Shown here piece by piece: positions 27,897 through 37,809 of a stretch of 64,000 nt of DNA. Positions within the stretch are counted from its first letter, which is position 1, and each line of letters begins with the position of its first letter. This stretch comes from Syntrophaceae bacterium (GTDB lineage: Bacteria; Desulfobacterota; Syntrophia; Syntrophales; Smithellaceae). A program made the translations under genes and the position numbers. A model generated the notes under the pieces. The model saw only the letters and a list, made by a program, of their open reading frames with translations. It was not told the DNA's origin and searched no databases. Location: contig JANXZU010000032.1 in NCBI GenBank assembly GCA_025355345.1, positions 81 to 64,080 of the forward strand, read 5' to 3'.

Positions 27897-30689
27897 TTAA
27901 TTTCCATCCAGCGCCTCCCGGACTTTTGCAGAGAGCTCCTTGATAGAAAAGGGTTTCTGGATGAAATACACACCTTCATCCAACACGCCGTGGTGCGCTA
28001 TAACATTGGCAGTGTAGCCGGACATGAAAAGGCGTTTGATGTCCGGATAGAGTGTCAGAAGCGTTTTGGCCAGTTCCCGCCCGTTCATCTCGGGCATGAC
28101 TACGTCGGTCATTAGCAGGTGAATCTCTCCGGCGTTGTCTCTGGCCAGGCGGATGGCTTCACCGGGGGTGACTGCCGCTTTCACGGTGTAACCCTGACCT
28201 TCGAGCATCGTCGTGGTCATTTCCAGAATTGCCGGCTCGTCTTCCACCAGAAGGATTGTTTCTTGCCCTCGCGCGGCGGGCGTTACCGGACCTTCATGTT
28301 GCTTTTGCGCGTCTATGCCTCTGTAACGGGGCAGATAGATCGTGAATGTCGTCCCGTGGCCCGGCTCGCTGTACACATTAATAAAACCGTTGTTTTGCTT
28401 GACGATACCATACACCGTAGCTAACCCCAGACCGGTGCCTTTGCCCTTATCCTTGGTGGTGAAAAATGGTTCAAACAGTTTCCCCAGCGTTTCCTTCTCC
28501 ATACCGCAGCCGTTATCGCTGACAGCAAGCCGCAAATACTCACCTTGCACGAAGCCCGGGTGACTTTCGCAGTATTCCTTCCCGATGTTGCTGTTTTCCG
28601 TCTCTATGGTAATCTTGCCTACATCGGTGATGGCGTCCCGGGCGTTGACACACAGGTTGGCCATAATCTGGTCGATCTGGGACGGATCCACTTTGACTGG
28701 CCACAGATCAGTCTTCGGCTGCCACTTAAGTTCGATGTCCTCGCCGATGAGACGCTGGAGCATTTTGAGCATGTTTTCAACTGTCTCGTTGAGATCAACC
28801 ACCTTGGGCGCGATTGTCTGCTTGCGGGCGAAGGCCAGTAGTTGCTGGGTAAGTGAGGCAGAGCGCGAGGCGGCGTTGCGGATTTGTGTCAAATAACGCT
28901 GAAGCTGGTGCCCGGGGCCCAATTTATTTATTATAATTTCTGTATAGCCGAGAATTACTCCCAGCATGTTGTTGAAGTCGTGAGCGACACCACCTGCCAG
29001 CCTGCCTACCGATTCCATCTTTTGCGCCTGCTGAAGCTGCGCTTCAAGTTTGTTTTTCTCCGTCTCCGCCTGCTTGCGTTCTGTAATGTCCCTGGCTTCA
29101 CACAGGAAGTAAAGCGGGTTTCTGCTTTCGTCGCGGATGAGACTAAAAGTGCTTTCCGCCCAGAGCGTTGTGCCGTCCTTACAATAAAACTCGAGTTCCA
29201 GCGTGCGCGAAAAAGCATAAGCTGTGTCGGTTAGCACCTTGGGAATTTCCTTTGCAAAAACTTCACGCGCCAGCGCAAGAGATGCAGGAGCAAGGTTCCG
29301 GTCAAGCGGCAACTCCTGAAATTCTTCCAGAGTATATCCCCGCTGCTTATACGCGGAAGGGGTTCTGTAGGTTGTCTTCAAGTTCATGTCCATAAGCCAG
29401 ACAACGTCTCGCATGTGGTCGGCAAGCAGTCGATACTGGGCCTCGCTCTCCCGCAGCGAATCCTGTTCCTGCTTGTGCCCGGTGATATCGGTAAGCATTC
29501 CAAATGACCCTGTAAATTTTCCATCGGCATCAATGATTGATCTTGCTGAAATTAAAGTCCAAAGCCTTTCGCCATCTTTTTTCCGAAAACAGCGCTCATA
29601 GACATTGTTTTCACCATGCTGACGAATTTTCATCTGTTTATCGTGATCAGCTAATTGATCTTCAGCCAGAAATGATTCCAACTTTTGTCCGAGCATTTCT
29701 TCAATATTATATCCAAGCATCAATGCCATTTGCCGGTTGATAAATGTTATCGTGGCATTGCTATCCAAAGCGATAATGCCTTCGATTGCCGTATCTACAA
29801 TCCGGCGGTATTTTGCCTCACTTTCCCGTAGTTCACGCGTGCGTTCCTCGAGCAGATCCTGGACGAGCAAAAGACTGCGTTCACGGCGCGCGTTGGAGCA
29901 AAGCTCGATTAAGTATCCCGGATTGAATGGTTTGCGCAGATAGGCAGCAGCGCCCCGCTTCATCCAATCCATGGCCAGCTCCGGACTTGGGTCCGTCGTC
30001 ATCATGATGCAGACACATTCAGGGCGCTCGGCGCGAAATTCGTCCAGCAGTGCATCGCCCATACCGTCAGGCAGGTAGTAGTCCAGCACGGCCACATCGT
30101 AGGCGATCTTGGCAAAGGCATCGGTGGCGGCCCAAAAAGTGAGTGCCGTATCAGCCTCGTAGCCGTTGGCGGCAAAAGCCTTTTTGAGCATGCCGGCCAG
30201 CGTCTTGCTGTCCTCTACTATCAGGACGCGCAGAGGTTTTTGTACCTGTTTTTTGTTCAGGATCGATTGCACCTGTGCCACGAAACACTTGCCGTCAACA
30301 GGGTATGTGAGAAAGGCTTCGACCCCGAGATCGGCAGCAATGCGATCGGGCTCGGCGCCTACGAACGTGGCCGAGACCACCAGGACAGGAATATTGTTAA
30401 AGGCGGCGTATTCGGGTGAGCGTAAAAGCCGGCAGAAGCGCCAGCCGTCAATCCCCGGCATGTAGAGATCCGTGACAATGATCACGGGCAAAGAACCGGC
30501 ACCGGCTGCCATATCCATAAGTGCCGCTTCAGCGCAGTTGAAAGTGAGGGGTTTAAGCCCCGCCTCTGTAAGCAACCCGGCAATTATTGTGAGCTGAGAT
30601 GAATCGTCGTTGACCACCACAGCGATTGGAGCCGATGTGTTTAGAGTTTTACTTTTCATGGTGTGCACACTTTTGATATGGTAAATCAT
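27897..30689 (-). CDS. hybrid sensor histidine kinase (REC-REC-PAS x3-HisKA-HATPase-REC)
   Basis: Two N-terminal receiver domains (VTDLYMPGIDG; VLDYYLPDGMG), PAS repeats, H-box GGVAHDFNNML, G-boxes DNGCGM and GTGLGLATVYG, and a C-terminal receiver (LMTDVVMPEMNG). Confidence 0.9.
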   Translation of the reverse strand: MIYHIKSVHTMKSKTLNTSAPIAVVVNDDSSQLTIIAGLLTEAGLKPLTFNCAEAALMDMAAGAGSLPVIIVTDLYMPGIDGWRFCRLLRSPEYAAFNNIPVLVVSATFVGAEPDRIAADLGVEAFLTYPVDGKCFVAQVQSILNKKQVQKPLRVLIVEDSKTLAGMLKKAFAANGYEADTALTFWAATDAFAKIAYDVAVLDYYLPDGMGDALLDEFRAERPECVCIMMTTDPSPELAMDWMKRGAAAYLRKPFNPGYLIELCSNARRERSLLLVQDLLEERTRELRESEAKYRRIVDTAIEGIIALDSNATITFINRQMALMLGYNIEEMLGQKLESFLAEDQLADHDKQMKIRQHGENNVYERCFRKKDGERLWTLISARSIIDADGKFTGSFGMLTDITGHKQEQDSLRESEAQYRLLADHMRDVVWLMDMNLKTTYRTPSAYKQRGYTLEEFQELPLDRNLAPASLALAREVFAKEIPKVLTDTAYAFSRTLELEFYCKDGTTLWAESTFSLIRDESRNPLYFLCEARDITERKQAETEKNKLEAQLQQAQKMESVGRLAGGVAHDFNNMLGVILGYTEIIINKLGPGHQLQRYLTQIRNAASRSASLTQQLLAFARKQTIAPKVVDLNETVENMLKMLQRLIGEDIELKWQPKTDLWPVKVDPSQIDQIMANLCVNARDAITDVGKITIETENSNIGKEYCESHPGFVQGEYLRLAVSDNGCGMEKETLGKLFEPFFTTKDKGKGTGLGLATVYGIVKQNNGFINVYSEPGHGTTFTIYLPRYRGIDAQKQHEGPVTPAARGQETILLVEDEPAILEMTTTMLEGQGYTVKAAVTPGEAIRLARDNAGEIHLLMTDVVMPEMNGRELAKTLLTLYPDIKRLFMSGYTANVIAHHGVLDEGVYFIQKPFSIKELSAKVREALDGN

Positions 30690-30735
30690 CCTTCGATGTC
30701 GAAATTTATGTAGTCTGTGTCACTCGGCATTACCG

Positions 30736-30870
30736 GTCGTAGATGACTCTTAGGTTACGAACGCCGGCGAAGTACCCTTTAGGGCATATCCAGAACATAA
30801 CGAAATAACTGGACTCCCGCCTAAGTAACCTAAATAACCTGAAGGTCACCGTGGGGCCATCTGCTACGAG
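30736..30870. repeat. MITE-like element bounded by inverted copies of repeat Y
   Basis: The left arm GTCGTAGATGACTCTTAGGTTAC (30736-30758) pairs with the reverse complement of 30821-30870 (CTCGTAGCAGATGGCCCCACGGTGACCTTCAGGTTATTTAGGTTACTTAG). The same unit occurs at 15716-15757. Confidence 0.65.
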
Positions 30871-30924
30871 AATGACAAAATTTGACTTTTTACAAGACCA
30901 TGATTGATATTGATTTATAAACAC

Positions 30925-30953
30925 TTGACATTTTTTTTGCAACACTTTATTTT
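30925..30953 (+). promoter_or_regulatory. candidate sigma-70 promoter for prmC-murA-hisD
   Basis: TTGACA-17 nt-TATTTT, 44 nt upstream of the prmC ATG. Confidence 0.4.
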
Positions 30954-30996
30954 CAAATACGCTGATATTAATATTATTTCTGTAGGATGCAATGCA

Positions 30997-31857
30997 ATGA
31001 TTGTTCGTGACATTCTCAATGAATCAACAAAAGCGCTCGAAGCTGTGGATGTTCCTTCCGCAAGGCTTGATGCGGAAGTGCTGCTTGCTTTTTGTCTGGC
31101 CTGTGACCGTCTGGAGTTTTACAAAAATCCGGATATGACTGCAAGCGATGAACAACTTGCCGCGTTTAGAAAGATTCTCGCCCGCAGATTGCAATGGGAA
31201 CCAGTGGCCTACATTACCGGTCGCAAAGAATTCTGGTCTTTTGCTCTGGAAGTAAACCGCGCTGTGCTCATACCACGCCCTGATACTGAAATTATTGTGG
31301 AAGAAGCTTTAAATGTTTACCGCAATTTCAATTCCCTCCCGGTAAGGATTTTGGACATCGGCACCGGCAGCGGTGCCATCGCCCTGGCACTCGCCTTAGA
31401 GATTAAAGGAGCAAAAGTTGTCGCCACCGATATATCGGCGGCGGCGTTAAAACTTGCACAAAAGAACGCTGCTGCTTTGGGACTTCAAGATATAATCGAT
31501 TTTCGGCAGGGTAATTTATTTGAACCGGTGGAAGGTCTTTTTGACATTATTGTTTCCAATCCACCTTATATAGCGGCAGGTGATTACGAAGAACTGCCTC
31601 CGGGCGTCAGATCATTTGAGCCGCGGAAGGCGCTTCTGGCAGGCACTAGCGGCCTGGAATTTTACGAAAAATTGATCGCCCAATCGGCTCCATACCTCAA
31701 AAAAAATGGTTGGCTTTTGTTGGAAATTGGAGCTAAACAGGATGAAGGCGTCCGCTGCATTCTGGAAACCTCCGGGTGTTATGATACCATCGAAATGCGC
31801 CGGGATTATGCCGGCTTACCGCGAGTAATTAAAGCAAGGAGAAAAGTAAGTGGATAA
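30997..31857 (+). CDS. prmC: release-factor glutamine N5-methyltransferase
   Basis: SAM motif [13 protein letters not shown] and catalytic NPPY. The ATG at 30997 (MIVRDIL) is preferred over the track start. Confidence 0.9.
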   Translation: MIVRDILNESTKALEAVDVPSARLDAEVLLAFCLACDRLEFYKNPDMTASDEQLAAFRKILARRLQWEPVAYITGRKEFWSFALEVNRAVLIPRPDTEIIVEEALNVYRNFNSLPVRILDIGTGSGAIALALALEIKGAKVVATDISAAALKLAQKNAAALGLQDIIDFRQGNLFEPVEGLFDIIVSNPPYIAAGDYEELPPGVRSFEPRKALLAGTSGLEFYEKLIAQSAPYLKKNGWLLLEIGAKQDEGVRCILETSGCYDTIEMRRDYAGLPRVIKARRKVSG

Positions 31858-33100
31858 AATAGTTATTAAAGGGGGAAACCCTCTTTTTGGAGATGTTCAT
31901 GTAAGTGGAGCAAAAAATGCCGCGCTGCCGGTATTAGCATCAGCCCTCTTGACCTCAGGCGAAAATACATTTCATAACATCCCTGATCTGGTCGATATTA
32001 AAACCATAAAAAAGCTCTTAATAAGTATGGGTGTGCAAATTGAAGGAAATGAAACCTGCAAGGTCAGCGCCGAGAAAATCACAAGTTGCGACGCGCCTTA
32101 TGATCTGGTTAAAACCATGCGGGCGTCTATTCTGGTTTTGGGGCCGCTTGTGGCCCGCATGGGTGTTGCCCGCGTTTCTCTACCCGGCGGCTGCGCTATC
32201 GGCGCAAGACCTGTTAATCTTCACATCAAAGCCTTGCAGGATATGGGCGCTCACGTAGAACTGCACAACGGCTACATTGAAGCGAAGGCTAAAAGATTAA
32301 AAGGGGCGGATATTTATTTTGATATACAGACTGTGACCGGAACGGAAAATATCATGATGGCGGCAACTTTAGCCCACGGCACTACTGTTTTAAACAACGC
32401 CGCGCGTGAGCCGGAAATTGTCAACCTGGCTGAAGTTCTTAAAAGTATGGGGGCAAAAATCAGCGGCGCAGGAACTGACGTAATCACCATAACGGGGGTA
32501 ACCTCGCTGCAGCCTGTGGAGGCGACAATAATCCCTGATCGCATTGAAGCGGGAACTTTTATGATTGCCGCTGGAATGACGCGTGGCGAAATAAACGTCA
32601 TGGGTTGCAACCCCCAGCACCTGGAAGCATTGATCAACAAATTGCGGGACACCGGCATGAAAATCACTGCGATTGCGGGCGGGCTGAAAGTATCGGCCGG
32701 AAAAAAAATCCACAGCGTTGATCTCAAAACTCTTCCTCATCCCGGCTTTCCCACAGACTTGCAGGCGCAGATGATGGCCTATTTGTCTATAGCCAGCGGC
32801 CTCTCCGTGATTGCTGAAACTGTTTTCGAAAATCGCTTCATGCATGTCAGCGAACTGATGCGAATGGGCGCCGATATTCTGATCCAAGGTGGCAGCGCGG
32901 TTGTCCGCGGTGTGCCTGCGCTGCACGGCGCGCAAACAATGGCTACTGATCTTCGGGCTTCCGCTTCACTGATCCTGGCGGCCCTCGTCGCTGAAGGAAC
33001 AACGGAGATTTCCCGCGTTTATCATATTGATCGAGGTTATCAAGGGATAGAGAAGAAATTTTCCGCCCTCGGAGCCGACATTAAAAGGATGGCCCAATAG
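31850..33100 (+). CDS. murA: UDP-N-acetylglucosamine 1-carboxyvinyltransferase
   Basis: [10 protein letters not shown] and [15 protein letters not shown] (active-site Cys), full-length 416 aa. Confidence 0.97.
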   Translation: MDKIVIKGGNPLFGDVHVSGAKNAALPVLASALLTSGENTFHNIPDLVDIKTIKKLLISMGVQIEGNETCKVSAEKITSCDAPYDLVKTMRASILVLGPLVARMGVARVSLPGGCAIGARPVNLHIKALQDMGAHVELHNGYIEAKAKRLKGADIYFDIQTVTGTENIMMAATLAHGTTVLNNAAREPEIVNLAEVLKSMGAKISGAGTDVITITGVTSLQPVEATIIPDRIEAGTFMIAAGMTRGEINVMGCNPQHLEALINKLRDTGMKITAIAGGLKVSAGKKIHSVDLKTLPHPGFPTDLQAQMMAYLSIASGLSVIAETVFENRFMHVSELMRMGADILIQGGSAVVRGVPALHGAQTMATDLRASASLILAALVAEGTTEISRVYHIDRGYQGIEKKFSALGADIKRMAQ

Positions 33101-33101
33101 T

Positions 33102-34388
33102 ATGAAAATCATTCGATCCGATGCGGCCGGGTTCGCTGAATATTTCCAGAAATTACGCCTCAGAGGCGGAACTTTCACCCCGGAACTTTTAGCAACCGTC
33201 GCGGATATTATCAATGCTGTTGCAAGTAAAGGTGATGAAGCACTCTTTGATTATACCGCCAGATTTGACGGGCATCAATTGACCGCGGCTACGGTCGAAG
33301 TCACGGATAAAGAGCGCAAAGAAGCCCTATCCTATGTGGCACCTGTTGATTTAGAAGTAATAAAACTTGCTGCGGTACGTATAGAAAATTATCATCGCCA
33401 TCAGCTCATACAAGGTTTTATGGTTAATGACGAAAGCGGTGTGGAACTGGGACAACGGATTTTACCATTGCAAAGAGTGGGAATTTACGCGCCCGGTGGA
33501 AAAGCTTTCTATCCCTCGACTTTGCTTATGGCAGCAATTCCCGCACGCATCGCCGGTGTGGAAGAAATAATTGTGGTTACCCCTTCTAAAGACGGCAAGC
33601 TAAACCCGCTGATTTCCGCGGCAGCCGAGGCATGCGGCGTACAGCGGATTTTTAAAATCGGCGGCGCGCAGGCAATTGCAGCGCTTGCTTATGGCACAAA
33701 AACAATCCCGCGCGTTGACAAAATTGTGGGCCCTGGCAACGCCTATGTTGCCGCCGCCAAAAAACTTGTTTTCGGTCAGGTAGCCATTGATATGATTGCC
33801 GGCCCGAGCGAAGTTGTCATCATCGCCGATCAAACGGCTAACGCATCCTTCATAGCCGCAGATATGCTGGCACAGGCCGAGCATGATGAGCTGGCGGCGG
33901 CTGTCCTTTTAACGCCTCTTCCGGAAGTGGCTAGCGAAGTTTCAATGCAAATCGATCACCAGCTGCAAAATTTATCCAGAAAAAAAATAATGGCGGACTC
34001 CCTGAGTAAATACGGCGCCATAATCATTACCGCCGACATTGCTCAGGCTGTCGAGCTGAGCAATCTTTTCGCGCCGGAACATCTGGAGTTAATGGTGGGA
34101 AACCCGGCAGAAACCCTCAAACAGGTCAGGAATGCCGGTTCAGTATTTTTAGGATCGTTTACGCCGGAGGCATTGGGAGATTACATCGCGGGTACCAACC
34201 ACATTTTGCCGACACAGGGAACTGCCCGTTTCTCTTCGCCACTGGGAGTTTATGATTTTTACAAACGCATGAGCGTTCTTTCGTTTTCTAAGGAAGCATT
34301 CGGCAGGCTTTCCCGACAAACGACGCATTTTGCAAAGATAGAAGGCCTTGACGCTCACGCTAATTCCGTGACCGTGCGAAACAAATAG
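33102..34388 (+). CDS. hisD: histidinol dehydrogenase
   Basis: IAGPSEVVIIAD, AQAEHD and EHLEL motifs. Confidence 0.95.
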   Translation: MKIIRSDAAGFAEYFQKLRLRGGTFTPELLATVADIINAVASKGDEALFDYTARFDGHQLTAATVEVTDKERKEALSYVAPVDLEVIKLAAVRIENYHRHQLIQGFMVNDESGVELGQRILPLQRVGIYAPGGKAFYPSTLLMAAIPARIAGVEEIIVVTPSKDGKLNPLISAAAEACGVQRIFKIGGAQAIAALAYGTKTIPRVDKIVGPGNAYVAAAKKLVFGQVAIDMIAGPSEVVIIADQTANASFIAADMLAQAEHDELAAAVLLTPLPEVASEVSMQIDHQLQNLSRKKIMADSLSKYGAIIITADIAQAVELSNLFAPEHLELMVGNPAETLKQVRNAGSVFLGSFTPEALGDYIAGTNHILPTQGTARFSSPLGVYDFYKRMSVLSFSKEAFGRLSRQTTHFAKIEGLDAHANSVTVRNK

Positions 34389-34422
34389 ATTATAGTACTC
34401 CAGTGTAAAATTTAAAAGAGAG

Positions 34423-34926
34423 GTGAAAGAAATGGAAAATTTTTCAACAACTACCCAAAGCAATGCCGCGTTCTACCGCAAAGCAGTCAGCGTTCTTACT
34501 ATTTTAATTTTGCTGCCGTTTCTGCTAAGCCTGATTAACATATCTTTTGCCCAAAGCTGGAAGCTCCACTTTTTCCCGGCAGCAATCATTCTTGCCGCTG
34601 TTTTTTACGGCGTTACCGGCGGCTTTGTTGCCGGCATTTCCGGCTCTCTTTACACTGCTCTTTTTTTAGGCAACCCTTACATTATCGCGGGTAATGTAAT
34701 TTTTGGAATGCTTGCCGCACTCTTTTATAAGAAGAGTGAAAACCTTGTCCTCAGCGCAATACTTGCCTGCATTTGTCAACTTCCGTGGCTGATATTGACG
34801 GATTACTATTTGGTCCACCTTTCTGCGGAATTCATTGCCAGATTAGTAGTTGTCTTGCTGATTGCCAATATTTTCTGGGCTGTACTCATTTCCATCAACC
34901 TCAAACATATACGAAAACTACTTTAG
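34423..34926 (+). CDS. small polytopic membrane protein (about 5 TM), function unknown
   Basis: Hydrophobic segments throughout; the resemblance to ECF S-components is only vague. Confidence 0.4.
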   Translation: MKEMENFSTTTQSNAAFYRKAVSVLTILILLPFLLSLINISFAQSWKLHFFPAAIILAAVFYGVTGGFVAGISGSLYTALFLGNPYIIAGNVIFGMLAALFYKKSENLVLSAILACICQLPWLILTDYYLVHLSAEFIARLVVVLLIANIFWAVLISINLKHIRKLL

Positions 34927-34943
34927 GGTTTCAGGAGGCTGAT

Positions 34944-35897
34944 ATGGCACAGTCGCAAAAACCAGATCGCAGAGAATTCATAAAGAAAGGTTTGTCTCTG
35001 GGCATTGTTGCCGGAGGCGCCGTCATTCTGGGAAGACCGGATTTTTTATTAGCCAAAGAAAAGACCTCCGGCATCCCTGATCTTGTCGCCGTTAAAAACG
35101 GTGAACCGGATGCGATGTTCAAAAAAGCCATGGCACTGATGGGCGGCATGGGGCAGTTTGTCAAAAAAGGCCAGACCGTTGTCGTTAAACCCAATATCGG
35201 CTTTCCGAGAACCCCGGAAGTCGGCGCCACAACCAATCCGCAACTGGTAAAAGCTATTATCGAAAGTTGTTATTCCGCGGGAGCAAAAAAGGTGTATGTG
35301 TTTGACAATGTAGTTTCGCCAACATCCAGCAATTCACAGAATTGTTACAAAATAAGTGGTATCGAAGATGCCGCTAAATCAGCAGGGGGAATAGTTATCC
35401 CGGCAGATGATTTCAGTTATAAAGAAGTAATCATACCCGGCGCAAAGACACTGAAAACGGCAGACATTCATGGCTTGATCCTGGATTCCGATGTGTTTAT
35501 TAATGTGCCGGTATTAAAGCATCACAGCTCCGCTCATCTTTCCATCGCGATGAAAAACCTTATGGGTATTGTCAAAAACCGCATGGAATATCATCTGACC
35601 GGTCTGGACCAATGCATTGCTGATTTTTGCCTGTATAAAAAACCCGACCTCAACATCGTAGATGCTTATCGAGTTTTGATGAGCCACGGCCCCGCAGGCC
35701 CGCGCGACGGAACAGCGCCTAATGTCGAACTGAAAAAAACCTTGCTTATGTCTCGAGATATAGTCGCGGTGGATGCGGCGGCAGCAAAAATATTCGGCAA
35801 AAATCCGGAAGACATCGGATACATAAAAATCGGACATCAGCAAAAGACGGGCAACATGAACTTAAAAGAACTCAAAATAGTTACCTATTCAATGTAA
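34944..35897 (+). CDS. Tat-exported DUF362-domain protein
   Basis: AGGAGG Shine-Dalgarno sequence then an ATG at 34944. Twin-arginine signal DRREFIKKGLSLGIVAGG. The VVVKPNIGF...LKHH pattern is typical of DUF362. Confidence 0.7.
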   Translation: MAQSQKPDRREFIKKGLSLGIVAGGAVILGRPDFLLAKEKTSGIPDLVAVKNGEPDAMFKKAMALMGGMGQFVKKGQTVVVKPNIGFPRTPEVGATTNPQLVKAIIESCYSAGAKKVYVFDNVVSPTSSNSQNCYKISGIEDAAKSAGGIVIPADDFSYKEVIIPGAKTLKTADIHGLILDSDVFINVPVLKHHSSAHLSIAMKNLMGIVKNRMEYHLTGLDQCIADFCLYKKPDLNIVDAYRVLMSHGPAGPRDGTAPNVELKKTLLMSRDIVAVDAAAAKIFGKNPEDIGYIKIGHQQKTGNMNLKELKIVTYSM

Positions 35898-35962
35898 TAC
35901 CAAGTTGCTTTCAAACATTAAAATATAAAGTTTTGAAAGCTTACTTGGTATTATGCCGGGTA
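35898..35962 (+). repeat. hairpin repeat H (copy 2), immediately 3' of the DUF362 stop
   Basis: TACCAAGTTGCTTTCAAA-loop-TTTGAAAGCTTACTTGGTATTATGCCGGGTA. It has the same position and orientation relative to the preceding stop codon as copy 1. Confidence 0.7.
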
Positions 35963-36135
35963 AATAAACATTTTAATGTTTGATAGCTAATTGGTGTAGA
36001 GGTAAGACAAATTAATACCATTACGATTTCAAAGGATAACGAGGCGGCAAGAAGAAGGCTCCGCAGGCGTATTTTACATACACTGAGGAAGCCGACGACG
36101 CTGCCAACAAAGTTAGCCAAAGAAAGCGAAATGGT

Positions 36136-37674
36136 ATGAATCTGGTTAAAATCCGCATTGTCATTTCCCTTACCGTCTTTACATTATTTTTACTTTTATT
36201 TTTGGGCGGGGAAAAACCATCCGTTTTTCTATCTTCAACTTTACTGCCCTTACAATTTGTTCCCGCGTTGATTAGAATTTTAACTGATCCTGCCGCCCTG
36301 TTCATTTTCGGCCTTGTCTCAGTATTTGTGCTCACCTTGATTTTCGGCAGGATTTATTGCTCCTTTATCTGTCCATTGGGTACACTTCAGGACATTTTTA
36401 TTGCCCTGGCGCGAAAGGTCGGCTGGCGCGAAAAACATTCTTTTCAAAAACCACATAACTGGCTGCAATATTCGATCCTCAGCTTGACCATAGTTGCCGC
36501 TGCTCTCGGTTCAATGTCGCTTCTTAATCTGCTTGACCCTTATTCTCTTGCAGGCAGGATGATAACACAGTTTGCCCGGCCTTTATTCGTCTGGGCGTAC
36601 AATGCGGCAGTAAGCATGCTTACAAATTTCAATGTTTATCTATTTTCTATTGAGACAGCCTGGTTGCCACTTTCTGTCTGGCTTGTAACTTTATTTTTTT
36701 TCATACTGATTATATTTATGTCCGCAAAGCAAGGCCGCCTTTACTGCAACACGCTTTGTCCGGTCGGAGCGCTTTTGGGCTTAATCTCGCGAATATCAGT
36801 TTTAAAATTTGTCATTGACGGGACCCACTGCCATGAATGCTTCCGCTGTGAAGGAGTTTGCAAAACCGGCTGTATTGACCCGCAAACCGCCGCCATTGAT
36901 CACAGCAGATGTGTTAATTGTTTTAACTGTCTTTACGCTTGCCCGCAATCAGTTGTAGCATATCGTCCAATATGGCGGGGGAAGTCGGAAGACTGCTTAT
37001 GGTCACCGTCACGCCGGGGCTTTCTTATCGGCTCTGCAGTCTCTGCCGGTTCCGCATTGCTAATTTTCAACTCCGGCATCCATAGTCTTCTGAGAAACGC
37101 TTGCGCTTCCCCAAACCCACCTGTTACTCCACCCGGCTCAGTCAGCGTGGAACATTTTACGCAATCCTGCAGCGCTTGCCATCTCTGTGTCAGCGCCTGT
37201 CCAACAAAGGTGATCACGCCGTCTTTTTTCGAGTACGGCATCGGTGGATTACTTCAGCCGCTGATGAACTATTCAAAAAGTTTTTGCGATTATGAATGCA
37301 ACGTCTGTGGCAGAGTTTGTCCGACGGGAGCAATATTGCCTCTGACACTTGCAGAGAAAAAATTTACTCAAATAGGAACTGTGGATTTGTTAAAAGACAA
37401 ATGCGTGGTTTACGTGGAGAAAAATAATTGTGGTGCCTGTGGAGAAGTCTGCCCGACCCACACCATCAGCTTTATCGACAAGGGCAATGTTCTCTACCCC
37501 GAAGTAGATACTAATTATTGCATTGGCTGCGGCGCCTGTGAAAAAGCATGCCCGACTATGCCTAAATCCATCATTGTGCGGCCCAAACAGGTTCACGGGA
37601 AAGCAGCCAAGTATTCAGCAAAAACCACACCTGTTTTGCAAAAGAAGGCACAGGACAAAGATTTCCCTTTTTAG
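36136..37674 (+). CDS. membrane polyferredoxin (NapH/MauN-like N-terminus plus multiple 4Fe-4S motifs)
   Basis: CSFICPLGTLQD and CNTLCPVGALLG membrane Cys motifs, and several CxxCxxCxxxCP clusters (e.g. CIGCGACEKACP). Confidence 0.8.
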   Translation: MNLVKIRIVISLTVFTLFLLLFLGGEKPSVFLSSTLLPLQFVPALIRILTDPAALFIFGLVSVFVLTLIFGRIYCSFICPLGTLQDIFIALARKVGWREKHSFQKPHNWLQYSILSLTIVAAALGSMSLLNLLDPYSLAGRMITQFARPLFVWAYNAAVSMLTNFNVYLFSIETAWLPLSVWLVTLFFFILIIFMSAKQGRLYCNTLCPVGALLGLISRISVLKFVIDGTHCHECFRCEGVCKTGCIDPQTAAIDHSRCVNCFNCLYACPQSVVAYRPIWRGKSEDCLWSPSRRGFLIGSAVSAGSALLIFNSGIHSLLRNACASPNPPVTPPGSVSVEHFTQSCSACHLCVSACPTKVITPSFFEYGIGGLLQPLMNYSKSFCDYECNVCGRVCPTGAILPLTLAEKKFTQIGTVDLLKDKCVVYVEKNNCGACGEVCPTHTISFIDKGNVLYPEVDTNYCIGCGACEKACPTMPKSIIVRPKQVHGKAAKYSAKTTPVLQKKAQDKDFPF

Positions 37675-37809
37675 TTAATACTTGCATGCTTGTTGAAAGC
37701 TTAACCGGGAAGGATGCGGTTACGCCAATTTTCCGCTACATTAGCATGTGGAATTATGATAGGCTTATACAGCAACATGAAATGTTCTATATATAATTGC
37801 GGAGTGCAA

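Noticed and set aside
36021-36335. 104-aa minus-strand ORF upstream of, and overlapping, the polyferredoxin start.
   Set aside because: It overlaps the N-terminal TM region of a well-supported plus-strand gene and has no SD or family signature.
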